Of a DNA stretch of 38,797 bases, positions 1-8,702 are shown piece after piece (the first letter of the stretch is position 1; each line of letters begins with the position of its first letter). The stretch comes from a virus. A program made the translations under genes and the position numbers. The notes beneath the pieces were generated by a model. That model was not told the origin of the DNA. It made no database searches and worked only from the letters and a program-made list of their open reading frames with translations. The stretch is taken from IMG/VR virus record IMGVR_UViG_3300006149_000039, one strand, 5' to 3'.

Positions 1-77
1 AATATATTTTAAATTATTTCTTTTAATAAAATCTTGCCACATTCTTGTATAAGTTGATGGATAATAATTAAAAAGTA
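1..77. repeat. Exact 77-bp terminal direct repeat, copy 1 (identical to 38721-38797). This is a circular-closure overlap.
   Basis: The first 77 nt equal the last 77 nt. The repeat stops exactly at the window ends, and the integrase ORF reads through it in frame. Confidence 0.95.
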
Positions 78-885
78 AATCTTCTTTGTTTTGATTATTA
101 TAAATTTCTTTTATTTTTGTTATTAAAATTTGTGGAGCAACAAAACTTCTTGATTTTTTATTTTTGGTTTCTTTTATTTTTGTACCATCAACTTTTCTGA
201 TTTTATTTTGAACTATATGTATAATGCTATTTTCAAAATCTATATCTTTCCATCTTAAGGCTAATACTTCTCCACGTCTTGCTCCAGTGTAAAAAGAGAT
301 ATATACCATAGTTTTAAAGGGTTCAGGTTCATTTTGTAAAACTTCAAATAATTGTTTTATTTCTTGATTATTATATATTTCTTGTTCTTTTTTTGGCTTG
401 TTGTAGTTTTTTGGTATAGTAACATTTTTAGCAACATTTTCTGATAAATAATTCCATTCAACAGCCTTTTCTAAAATAGATGAAATTAAGTTTATATAGT
501 TTTTTATTGTTTTTGATGATAAATTATACTCTTCATATAGTTTATTAGCTAAATCTTGAATATGAAGCTTTTTAAGTTTATTTAATTTGTGAGTACCAAT
601 TTCATTTAATATGTATTTATTTAACTGACATTTGTAATTAATAACAGTAGTGTCTGATAGATTATTTGTAGCATATTTATCTAAAAACATTTGAGCCATA
701 TCAGTGAAAGTAATACTTCTTTGATTACTATAATTTCCTTTTTCTATTTCTGCAACAAAAGAAGCTAATTTTCTACTAGCTTCACTTGGAGAAGAAGCGG
801 AAACGTATTGACTATATCTTTCATTTTCATACATATATTCTAAACGCCAACGGTCTTTTCCTGTTTTTCGTTTGGTTCCTGCCAT
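1..885 (-). CDS. int: Tyrosine recombinase (phage integrase), N-terminal 295 codons. The ORF continues in frame at 38720 across the circular junction, giving 352 aa in total.
   Basis: ATG at 885-883 with AGGAGG 5 nt upstream. Translation MAGTKRKTGKDRWRLEYMYE...FYTGARRGEVLALRW. The ORF has no stop before position 1, and 885 nt is exactly 295 codons. Confidence 0.9.
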   Translation of the reverse strand, partial: MAGTKRKTGKDRWRLEYMYENERYSQYVSASSPSEASRKLASFVAEIEKGNYSNQRSITFTDMAQMFLDKYATNNLSDTTVINYKCQLNKYILNEIGTHKLNKLKKLHIQDLANKLYEEYNLSSKTIKNYINLISSILEKAVEWNYLSENVAKNVTIPKNYNKPKKEQEIYNNQEIKQLFEVLQNEPEPFKTMVYISFYTGARRGEVLALRWKDIDFENSIIHIVQNKIRKVDGTKIKETKNKKSRSFVAPQILITKIKEIYNNQNKEDLLFNYYPSTYTRMWQDFIKRNNLKYI

Positions 886-894
886 AATAACCTC

Positions 895-1863
895 CTATTT
901 GTTTATTTCCATTTTTCCTACATACTTACCAAGTATTTTAATAGAAATATCTTTATCATATACTTGCATTTCAAAACTTTCATCTTTTGATTGTGGTTCT
1001 AATATAATTAAGTCTCTTTTTTTAGTAAATTTTTTTATTGTAGCATCAAACCCGTCAACTAAAACAACCGCTATTTCTCCATTTTCTATGGTATCTTGTT
1101 TATGAATTAGAGCAAAAGCACCATTTTTTATTACTTTATTCATACTCTCGTCATTTACACACAAAAAGAAATACTCTTCTGGATTTACTATATCCATTAA
1201 GTTGGTGTCTATTGGTATTCTTCCTTCAATATTTTCTTCTTCCCAGTTAGGTTGTCCTGCTGAAATTTGCTTATAGACAGGACACATGTAGAATATATTT
1301 TCTACGTCTTGCAGCTGTTTTTGAATTTTTTTTGTTTTCAAATTTTCATTATTATTTTCGCCAAAAACTTCATTAATTTCTTCGAATACATCATGAGTAT
1401 ATTGTATAAAAAGTAAATATATTCCTAGGACAGTATTCCAGTGAGATTGGTCAAGAAGTTGCTTTCTGTAATATTCCATAGGATAAGATGGTTGTTTTTC
1501 ATCTTTAATGGTAACAAAATTTGATATCATATCATTTAAAATGTTTTTATCCTTACTTGTTAATTCTTCATATTTAATGTCGGGTGCGTTTTCATGTTTG
1601 TAATTATTAATTAATTTCTGGATATCATTGTCAGAAAAAAATTTGAAATGAGATTTACCTATTAAATAATCCATAGTGCAGTTAAAGATTTCACACATTT
1701 TATTTTTTATATCATCGCTAGGAGAATTTGCACCACTTTCATAATTGGCAATACTTGATTTGGCATTTAAACCTAAAATCTGTGCTAATTGTTCTTGAGT
1801 AAGTCCCTTTTCTTTTCTTAAATTTTTTATACGTTCAGCAATTATAGGCTTATTTTGATTCAT
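895..1863 (-). CDS. cI/LexA-like repressor. It has an N-terminal XRE-type HTH, a middle region of about 130 aa, and a C-terminal S24 autopeptidase domain.
   Basis: HTH: IAERIKNLRKEKGLTQEQLAQILGL. S24-like C-terminus: ISAGQP...VNDESM...ATIKKF. The ATG at 1863 has AAGGAG 8 nt upstream; the track start at 1872 is a GTG. The stop overlaps the int RBS. Confidence 0.85.
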   Translation of the reverse strand: MNQNKPIIAERIKNLRKEKGLTQEQLAQILGLNAKSSIANYESGANSPSDDIKNKMCEIFNCTMDYLIGKSHFKFFSDNDIQKLINNYKHENAPDIKYEELTSKDKNILNDMISNFVTIKDEKQPSYPMEYYRKQLLDQSHWNTVLGIYLLFIQYTHDVFEEINEVFGENNNENLKTKKIQKQLQDVENIFYMCPVYKQISAGQPNWEEENIEGRIPIDTNLMDIVNPEEYFFLCVNDESMNKVIKNGAFALIHKQDTIENGEIAVVLVDGFDATIKKFTKKRDLIILEPQSKDESFEMQVYDKDISIKILGKYVGKMEINK

Positions 1864-1884
1864 AAAAATCACTCCTTATGATAT

Positions 1885-1913
1885 ATTTTAACACATAGTT
1901 CAGAAAAAGTAAA
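1885..1913 (-). promoter_or_regulatory. Candidate leftward promoter for the repressor-int operon: -35 TTTACT, 17-nt spacer, extended -10 TGtTAAAAT.
   Basis: Read on the reverse complement. The predicted start site lies at or next to the SD, so the mRNA would be almost leaderless. Confidence 0.4.
1897..1906. promoter_or_regulatory. Operator-like box O1 (AGTTCAGAAA) in the spacer of the leftward promoter.
   Basis: One of three exact copies of this 10-mer within 380 bp. Confidence 0.5.
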
Positions 1914-1983
1914 CAAAAATAAAAAATATTTCTTACAACCACAGAACATACAACAGGAAAAATGAACTTTTTTAAAAAACCAC

Positions 1984-2011
1984 TTGACAAGTTCAGAAAG
2001 TCTGATATAAT
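1984..2011 (+). promoter_or_regulatory. Rightward early promoter: TTGACA, 16-nt spacer, extended -10 TGaTATAAT.
   Basis: Consensus -35 at 1984-1989 and consensus -10 at 2006-2011, with TG at 2003-2004. It lies 34 nt upstream of the cro start. Confidence 0.8.
1990..2007. promoter_or_regulatory. Operator-like box O2 (AGTTCAGAAAgtCTGATA) filling the spacer of the rightward promoter. It contains the dyad TCAG-n5-CTGA.
   Basis: Exact 10-mer shared with O1 and O3. The 18-mer matches O3 at 16 of 18 positions. Confidence 0.55.
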
Positions 2012-2044
2012 AAGTACAGTAAAACAAAACAAAGGAGGTGCGAA

Positions 2045-2275
2045 ATGGGAAAATATAGTCAATATGTTTATACGGATGAATTAAAAGAAGAAAGAAAGAA
2101 AAAAGGACTTTCAATTATAGATATGGCTAGATTACTTGGCTTTAAAAGTAAAGTTACATATTATAATATTGAAAATGGAATTTCGGAACCTAAGATTTCT
2201 AACATTAATGATATATCTATAATTTTAGGAAAATCAGCTAAAAATTTTTTTAATTTCAAAGTTCAGAAAAACTGA
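2045..2275 (+). CDS. Cro-like XRE-family HTH regulator.
   Basis: 76 aa. HTH: LSIIDMARLLGFKSKVTYYNIENG. RBS AAAGGAGGTG. Divergent from the repressor gene. Confidence 0.8.
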   Translation: MGKYSQYVYTDELKEERKKKGLSIIDMARLLGFKSKVTYYNIENGISEPKISNINDISIILGKSAKNFFNFKVQKN

Positions 2276-2277
2276 TA
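2260..2277. promoter_or_regulatory. Operator-like box O3 (AGTTCAGAAAaaCTGATA) at the cro / antirepressor junction.
   Basis: Third exact copy of AGTTCAGAAA, followed by CTGATA as in O2. Dyad TCAG-n5-CTGA. Confidence 0.45.
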
Positions 2278-2294
2278 CAAGGAGGCGAAAGTAA

Positions 2295-3119
2295 ATGAAA
2301 AATTTACAATTAATTAAATCAAGTAAATTTGGAGAAATAGAATGTGATATTTATTCAAATGAAAAAGAGATGTTTATGACAAGTACACAGCTAGGGGAAT
2401 GTTTAGGATATAGTGAACCAAGAAAATCTATAAGCAACTTAGTCAATAGATTTGAATATTTAAAAGATAAAGAATTTTCAGGTGTCACTAAAATGATGAC
2501 ACCTTATGGAGAGGGGTACGGACAAAATGGAGGTACCCAAGAAACGAGAGTATTTACAGAAGATGGAATATATGAAGTAACAATGTTAGCAAAAACAGAA
2601 AAAGCAAAAGAATTTAGAGCATTTATAAGAAAACTTCTTAAATCATTAAGAAAAGGTGAAGTAAAAATAGTAAAACCATCTAATGAGCAAATGGAATTGT
2701 TACAGATAAAAAAACAAAATGCAGATGCAAGATTAAGAAATGCAAAAGTAAGAGAAGCAAAATTTTTATTAGAAGTAGTAGACAAATACAAAAATGTTTT
2801 AGCGGAACAAAGTGTTGAACTATTAACAATAAATGCAATAGAAGTTATAAACGGTAAAAACACGTTAGATAGACCTAATCTTCCAGAAAAAAAGTATTAT
2901 ACAGCTACAGAAATAGGAAAAGAACTAGGAATATCTGCTAATAGAGTTGGAAAGATTGCAAATGCAAGTAATTTAAAAGTTGATGAGTATGGAATGTATG
3001 TATTAGATAAATCAAGATATTCAGCACATCAAGAACCGACTTTTAGATACAACGAAAATGGAAAATTAAAGATAGCAGAAATAGTAAAGGAGGAGAAAGA
3101 TGTTTTATATAAAAACTAA
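2295..3119 (+). CDS. BRO-N domain antirepressor-like protein.
   Basis: The N-terminus (FGEIECDIY...MTSTQLGECLGYSEPRKSISNLV...GGTQETRVFTEDGIYEVTMLAKTEKAKEFRAFIRK) follows the Bro-N pattern. Located immediately after cro. Confidence 0.7.
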   Translation: MKNLQLIKSSKFGEIECDIYSNEKEMFMTSTQLGECLGYSEPRKSISNLVNRFEYLKDKEFSGVTKMMTPYGEGYGQNGGTQETRVFTEDGIYEVTMLAKTEKAKEFRAFIRKLLKSLRKGEVKIVKPSNEQMELLQIKKQNADARLRNAKVREAKFLLEVVDKYKNVLAEQSVELLTINAIEVINGKNTLDRPNLPEKKYYTATEIGKELGISANRVGKIANASNLKVDEYGMYVLDKSRYSAHQEPTFRYNENGKLKIAEIVKEEKDVLYKN

Positions 3120-3297
3120 TATATCAGATAATGTAGAAATTAAAGTTGATTTATATGATGATGAGATTTATACAAAATGTCTAAAATGTGGCAAAGAAAT
3201 GCAAGTTGAAACAGAAATATTAAAACAAGTATTAGAAGATGGAGATTTATCAAGTTCATCATTATATTGTGAGAAGTGCTCAAAAGAGGTGGTCTAA
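3100..3297 (+). CDS. Small zinc-ribbon protein, function unknown.
   Basis: 65 aa with CLKCGK...CEKCSK cysteine pairs. Confidence 0.5.
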   Translation: MFYIKTNISDNVEIKVDLYDDEIYTKCLKCGKEMQVETEILKQVLEDGDLSSSSLYCEKCSKEVV

Positions 3298-3298
3298 A

Positions 3299-3580
3299 AT
3301 GCAATGGCTAACAATGGAACAAGTAAAAGATAGATTTCAGATAAAAGACACGAGAACGATAACAGTAAAATTTGCAAAAATGGGATTGAAATTCATCAAA
3401 ATAGGGAACAAGTATAGATTTGACTTAAAAGACATTGAGGAATTTGAAGAAAAATTGAAAGAAGAACAACAAGAAAAATTAATTGATATTTATCCAACAA
3501 GAAAGAAAAGAAATTGTAAAACAATAAATATCGATTATGAAAAGATTAGAGCTAATAAAGTGTTAAATAAAGTAATTTAG
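3299..3580 (+). CDS. Excisionase-family / MerR-type HTH DNA-binding protein (candidate Xis).
   Basis: MQWLTMEQVKDRFQIKDTRTITVKFAKMGLKFIKIGNKYRFDLKDIEEF fits the HTH_17 pattern. The ATG at 3299 follows GAGGTGG, so the track start at 3239 is probably too early. Confidence 0.55.
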   Translation: MQWLTMEQVKDRFQIKDTRTITVKFAKMGLKFIKIGNKYRFDLKDIEEFEEKLKEEQQEKLIDIYPTRKKRNCKTINIDYEKIRANKVLNKVI

Positions 3581-3597
3581 AAAGAGGGTGAAAACAA

Positions 3598-3715
3598 ATG
3601 AAAAAGACAAAACTAAAAAAGCTACTAGCAAATGCAATGTTATACACAATAAATGTACGGAATGTGGACAGGCTTTGTGATTTACGGCGTTATGAGCGCT
3701 ACAACGTTAAATTAG
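3598..3715 (+). CDS. 38-aa membrane peptide, obtained only if the in-frame CGG at 3658 is read as C-skip plus GGA: join(3598..3657,3659..3715).
   Basis: MKKTKLKKLLANAMLYTINV then GMWTGFVIYGVMSATTLN, ending at TAG 3713-3715 directly before the RBS AAAGGAGGTG of the next gene. Without a shift it fuses to the downstream ORF as the 121-aa track ORF. Confidence 0.45.
3658..3661 (+). other. In-frame CGG, candidate +1 recoding site (gta C gga).
   Basis: See the CDS at 3598-3715. Confidence 0.5.
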
Positions 3716-3732
3716 GAAAGGAGGTGGAAAGA

Positions 3733-3963
3733 ATGGAAGAAAAATTATTAGAGCTGATAAAAACAGCAATGGAATGTGAAAAAGTATCTAATAAAATCTA
3801 TGCAGAAATACACTATTTATGGGGAAACGAAATAGAAATAGATATAAGAAGTAAGCAGAACTTTAGTTATATTTATACAAGCAAAATAGATTTAGTTAAA
3901 GACATCTTTACAATAGATGATGTAATTAAAAAAATTAAAAAATTAACGAAGGAGGAAAATTAA
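3733..3963 (+). CDS. Hypothetical protein (76 aa).
   Basis: ATG at 3733, 6 nt after AAAGGAGGTG. Sequence MEEKLLELIKTAMECEK... Confidence 0.6.
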   Translation: MEEKLLELIKTAMECEKVSNKIYAEIHYLWGNEIEIDIRSKQNFSYIYTSKIDLVKDIFTIDDVIKKIKKLTKEEN

Positions 3964-3964
3964 A

Positions 3965-4276
3965 ATGATGTTTGGAATTGCAATAGGGTTGTTGATAGGA
4001 GTATTGTTAATCAATTTAGCAGTAGAAGATGAAAAAAGGGTGAATAATGTATTAAAAGCAACAATTAATAACCTAGAAGATGATTTAAAAAATGCAAACT
4101 TTAAAATTAAATATAGAGATGATTTTGTAAAACAATACCAGAAAGAACATGAAATATTATTAGAAAATGCTTCTGAACTAAGAGCCAAAATAGTAAATTT
4201 AGAAAACAACTTAGAGCTAGTAACAAACAGTTTACCAGACAATATAAAAGAACTAATTTCAGATTTCGACGGCTAA
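3965..4276 (+). CDS. Hypothetical membrane-anchored coiled-coil protein.
   Basis: N-terminal hydrophobic segment FGIAIGLLIGVLLINLAV followed by charged heptad-like sequence. RBS GGAGGA. Confidence 0.6.
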   Translation: MMFGIAIGLLIGVLLINLAVEDEKRVNNVLKATINNLEDDLKNANFKIKYRDDFVKQYQKEHEILLENASELRAKIVNLENNLELVTNSLPDNIKELISDFDG

Positions 4277-4349
4277 AATTAGTTCACAAAAAATCACAAA
4301 AATATGAATTTCTATGCTAATTATAGCACAGAAAAGAAAGGAATGTCAA

Positions 4350-4563
4350 ATGGAAGAAAAATATCAATACAGAGAAATTACAACAGGAGAAACAGTAGAG
4401 GATTTTATGGCAGAAAACTATGTAATAGATAAACTAGGATTAGTGATAATGCCAAAGCGGAGAGAAGGGGACATTAACACTGGAGCAAATAGATTTTATA
4501 AATAGTACAGTAGAATGGTTTTTTAGTGGACACTGGATAAAAGAGGAAGTAAAGGAGTATTAG
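4350..4563 (+). CDS. Hypothetical protein (70 aa), with the CGG at 4458 read as C-skip plus GGA: join(4350..4457,4459..4563).
   Basis: The +1 continuation is GEKGTLTLEQIDFINSTVEWFFSGHWIKEEVKEY. It ends at TAG 4561-4563, 2 nt before the erf ATG, and contains the erf RBS. The unshifted ORF stops at 4505 and leaves a 60-nt gap. An alternative start is at 4314. Confidence 0.5.
4458..4461 (+). other. In-frame CGG, candidate +1 recoding site (aag C gga).
   Basis: See the CDS at 4350-4563. Confidence 0.5.
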
Positions 4564-4565
4564 AA

Positions 4566-5165
4566 ATGAATATTTATGAAAAATTATTAAATATACAAAC
4601 AGAGTTAAAAGCACCAAAAGGACAAAAAAATAAATTTGGAAATTACATGTATAGAAGCTGTGAAGATATATTGGAAGCGGTAAAGCCATTATTAAAAGAA
4701 AATAAAGTAACACTACAATTAACTGACAAGATGGAATTTTTAGGTAATAGATATTACATAAAAGCAACAGCAATACTGGTAGATGTGGAAGATACTAAAA
4801 GTGGAGAAATAGCATGTATTGAGAATGCTGCTTATGCAAGAGAAAGTGAAACGAAAAAAGGAATGGATGATAGTCAAATAACAGGGACAGCAAGTAGTTA
4901 TGCGAGAAAATATGCTCTAAATGGGTTATTTTGTATTGATGATACAAAAGATGCAGATACAAACGAATATAAAAATCAACAACAAAATAGTGAAAAAGTA
5001 ATAGATAACAAAATGGTAGAAAGTTTAAATCAAGCCATTAGCAATGCAAATATTCAAGAAGATGTTGTTAAATTGATTTTAAGTCAATATGGATATAACA
5101 ATACAACAGAAATTAAAATAAAAGATTATATGAATATAGTAAATGACTTTAAGGCTAAAAAGTAG
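4566..5165 (+). CDS. erf: ERF-family single-strand annealing protein.
   Basis: Close match to the remembered P22 Erf N-terminus: FGNYMYRSCEDILEAVKPLLKEN...NRYYIKATA...KKGMDDSQITGTASSYARKYALNGLFCIDDTKDAD. Confidence 0.9.
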   Translation: MNIYEKLLNIQTELKAPKGQKNKFGNYMYRSCEDILEAVKPLLKENKVTLQLTDKMEFLGNRYYIKATAILVDVEDTKSGEIACIENAAYARESETKKGMDDSQITGTASSYARKYALNGLFCIDDTKDADTNEYKNQQQNSEKVIDNKMVESLNQAISNANIQEDVVKLILSQYGYNNTTEIKIKDYMNIVNDFKAKK

Positions 5166-5173
5166 GTGAGTGA

Positions 5174-6031
<858 letters not shown>

Positions 6032-6044
6032 GAGGAAATAAGAA

Positions 6045-6305
6045 ATGGAAAAAGATAAAAATGTAACTTTAATTGCAGGAGTAATAAATGCAACAGGAAA
6101 AAATCTTTTTTGGAAGAATGAAAATGGATTAGATATAAATATTGGAGATTATGCAATAGTAAAAAATATGAATGGATATGACTTAATAAAAGTTATAGGA
6201 AAAATAGAAACAACAGAAGCAAATGCTAGTAAATTTTCTAATACAAAATATGGCAATATGAAAAAAGTTACAAAAGTGTTAGTAAAAGAATTAATAGAGG
6301 TTTAA
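6045..6305 (+). CDS. Hypothetical protein (86 aa).
   Basis: ORF with RBS AGGAGGAA. No recognised motif. Confidence 0.55.
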   Translation: MEKDKNVTLIAGVINATGKNLFWKNENGLDINIGDYAIVKNMNGYDLIKVIGKIETTEANASKFSNTKYGNMKKVTKVLVKELIEV

Positions 6306-6361
6306 ACAACTAGGGGTAGGACAAGCACACTACCCTAATTTTTACGAAAGGAGAAAGTAAA

Positions 6362-7111
6362 TTGAACTATATAAAGCAACTCAATGAATTTTATTCTACA
6401 CTAGACTACAAACCATTATCTGCTAATTCTATTGCAATATATTTTGTTTTATTGCAAGTAGCTAATAAGACAGGTTGGATTGATAAGTTCAAAGTAGCTA
6501 ATACAGTTCTAATGAGTAAATGTGATTTGAATATGCAGAAATTAATAAGAGCAAGAAATAATTTAATAAATCAAGGTTATATAACATATTTAAAAGGAAA
6601 AAATCAAAATGATGCTCCTATTTATAGCATAATCAAATTATATGATGATATAGCAAACGATAAGGCAAACAATATAGCGGACAATATGACAAACAATACC
6701 ATTAATAAACAAAACAAAACGAAACAAAACAAGAAAAGAAGTAGTAGTATAGAAAATAGTCTATGCAATCCCAAAATAGAAAAATTGCAAGAAATAATGA
6801 TTGAAACTATTGGGACTACTAATATTAATAACATTACAGAGTGTATAAGTTATTTAGATAAATTGCCAATAGAACTAATAGAATATGCTTTAAGAAAGAC
6901 TGCAAGAATAGAAAGACCAAGTTGGCAATATACAATACCGATTTTAGAAAGTTATATTGACAAAGGATTTAAAAGCATAGAAGAAGTTAAGGCAGATGAT
7001 TTAAAACACAAAAATAAGAATAGTAGTGTAATGCAAGAAGAAACAGAAGAAGAGAAAAACAAACGAAAATTGAAAGCATTAGAGGAGGGATTAGCAAATG
7101 ACACAAAGTGA
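6362..7111 (+). CDS. DnaD-domain replication initiation / replisome organiser protein (TTG start).
   Basis: N-terminal winged-helix-like region (SANSIAIYFVLLQVANKTGW). C-terminal DnaD-like region (IELIEYALRKTARIERPSWQYTIPILESYIDKGFKSIEEV). RBS AAAGGAGAAAG before the TTG. Confidence 0.65.
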   Translation: MNYIKQLNEFYSTLDYKPLSANSIAIYFVLLQVANKTGWIDKFKVANTVLMSKCDLNMQKLIRARNNLINQGYITYLKGKNQNDAPIYSIIKLYDDIANDKANNIADNMTNNTINKQNKTKQNKKRSSSIENSLCNPKIEKLQEIMIETIGTTNINNITECISYLDKLPIELIEYALRKTARIERPSWQYTIPILESYIDKGFKSIEEVKADDLKHKNKNSSVMQEETEEEKNKRKLKALEEGLANDTK

Positions 7112-7538
7112 GTTTATTGAAGCTACTAACAGAGTAGAGCAATATTACGACAAAGAATATACAAACGAACAAAGAAGAATTATGTTCAAAGAGTTAGAAG
7201 ATATTGGCATAGATAGATATAGGAAGTTGGTATCAATGGTAATAAGAAAAAGCAAGTTTTTACCTAAAATTGCAGACTTTGTAGAGGCGAATATTGAAAC
7301 ACCATTTTCTGCACAAAAAGATAATTTACAAAAAATAGACTGCAAAAAATGTAATAGCACAGGATATTTGGTTTATACAAAAATAATAAAAGATGGAGAT
7401 AGAGAGTTGAAAAATCAATATGCTTGTGTATGTAGTTGTGGAAATGCTAGAAAATATGAAGGGTGGAAAGTAACAGACAAGCGATATAGAAGTAAATTCT
7501 TTACTCCACTTGTACAAGAATTAGGAATAGGAGGATAA
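7098..7538 (+). CDS. Putative helicase loader (SPP1 G39P-like N-domain) with a C-terminal zinc ribbon.
   Basis: The pattern ...RKSKFLPKIADFVEANIE resembles G39P ...TRSKYAPTIAEILEGIE. Also CKKCNSTG...CVCSCGN. Confidence 0.45.
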   Translation: MTQSEFIEATNRVEQYYDKEYTNEQRRIMFKELEDIGIDRYRKLVSMVIRKSKFLPKIADFVEANIETPFSAQKDNLQKIDCKKCNSTGYLVYTKIIKDGDRELKNQYACVCSCGNARKYEGWKVTDKRYRSKFFTPLVQELGIGG

Positions 7539-7541
7539 CAA

Positions 7542-7871
7542 ATGATTACAAAGCAAACGAGACAATTAAGCTTTGAAGATATAAAACCGAAGCGACTAAC
7601 AAAATATATGCAAATATTAGAAATAATAGATAATAGAGAAATGACAGCAAGAGAGATAGAGAACGAAATGTGTGCTAAGAAATATTCTAAATATTTTGAC
7701 ATGAACCATGTAAGACCACGTTTAACAGAGTTAGTAAATGAATATTATGAGCTAGTAGAATGTGGAACAAAAGAGGATTATTTGACACATAAAAAGGTTG
7801 CAGTTTATAGAAGAGCAACAGAAATGGAAAAGATGATGGCAGAAAATGCAAATCACTACACGATAGATTAG
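7542..7871 (+). CDS. Hypothetical protein, possibly winged-helix.
   Basis: 109-aa ORF, tightly packed with its neighbours. Confidence 0.5.
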   Translation: MITKQTRQLSFEDIKPKRLTKYMQILEIIDNREMTAREIENEMCAKKYSKYFDMNHVRPRLTELVNEYYELVECGTKEDYLTHKKVAVYRRATEMEKMMAENANHYTID

Positions 7872-7880
7872 GAGGAAAAC

Positions 7881-8702
7881 ATGAAAACAAAGATAGAATT
7901 ATATAATGATCATTTTGAAAATGCTAAAAGGTATGGAATACCTCATGCACAATTAATAATAGCAGATATACCATATAATCTGGGAAACAATGCATATGCT
8001 AGTAATCCAAAGTGGTACAAAGATGGAGATAATAAAAACGGTGAAAGTAAATTAGCAGGGAAAAGCTTTTTTGATACAGACAACGACTTTAAAATAAACA
8101 ACTTTTTTGATTTTTGTACTAGATACTTAAAAAAGGAACCAAAAGAAAAAGGACAAGCACCAGCAATGATAGTATTTTGTGCATTCGAACAAATGCAAAT
8201 GGTAATTGAAGAAGCTAAAAAACATGGACTAAGTAAAAGTTATCCACTCGTATTTATAAAAAATTATTCTGCATCTGTATTAAAAGCAAATATGAAAATT
8301 GTAGGAGCAACAGAATATGCAGTAGTACTGTATAGAGATAAATTGCCAAAATTCAACAATGGAAAAACAGAAAATCAAAAAGGAAAGATGATATTTAATT
8401 GGTTTGAGTGGAAAAGAGACAATTCAAAGGAATATCCTAAAATACACCCAACGCAAAAGCCAATTAATGTACTAAAAAAGCTTATAGAAATATTTACAGA
8501 TGAAGGAGATGTAGTAATAGACCCAGTAGCAGGTAGTGCAAGTACGCTGAGAGCATGTGCAGAACTAAAAAGGAATTGCTATGGTTTCGAGATAAAAAAA
8601 GACTTTTATAAATTAGCAAAAGAAAAAATGATAAGTGATGATATTTTAAATGGAATCTTAGAAGATGGACAAGTTACTTTTGAAGCAATTATTGAAAGAT
8701 GA
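7881..8702 (+). CDS. Beta-class N6-adenine / N4-cytosine DNA methyltransferase (N6_N4_Mtase type). Orphan, with no adjacent nuclease.
   Basis: Motif IV-like IIADIPYNLG lies upstream of HPTQKP and the AdoMet motif VIDPVAGSAST. Confidence 0.8.
   Translation: MKTKIELYNDHFENAKRYGIPHAQLIIADIPYNLGNNAYASNPKWYKDGDNKNGESKLAGKSFFDTDNDFKINNFFDFCTRYLKKEPKEKGQAPAMIVFCAFEQMQMVIEEAKKHGLSKSYPLVFIKNYSASVLKANMKIVGATEYAVVLYRDKLPKFNNGKTENQKGKMIFNWFEWKRDNSKEYPKIHPTQKPINVLKKLIEIFTDEGDVVIDPVAGSASTLRACAELKRNCYGFEIKKDFYKLAKEKMISDDILNGILEDGQVTFEAIIER

Noticed and set aside
1-77. The 77-bp end repeat as a physical direct terminal repeat or as attL/attR.
   Set aside because: It lies inside the integrase coding sequence and is bounded exactly by the record ends. 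The attP-like structure is elsewhere, at 38233-38487.
3239-3298. N-terminal extension of the xis-like ORF overlapping the zinc-ribbon gene.
   Set aside because: It overlaps the preceding gene by 59 nt. The ATG at 3299 follows GAGGTGG, and the HTH domain starts there.
8700-8702. Global TGA reassignment (genetic code 4 or 25) as the explanation for the open frame after the methyltransferase.
   Set aside because: TGA ends several tightly packed genes with ATGA overlaps (5637, 12858, 15037). Trp is encoded by TGG throughout, and the long ORFs contain no internal TGA problems.
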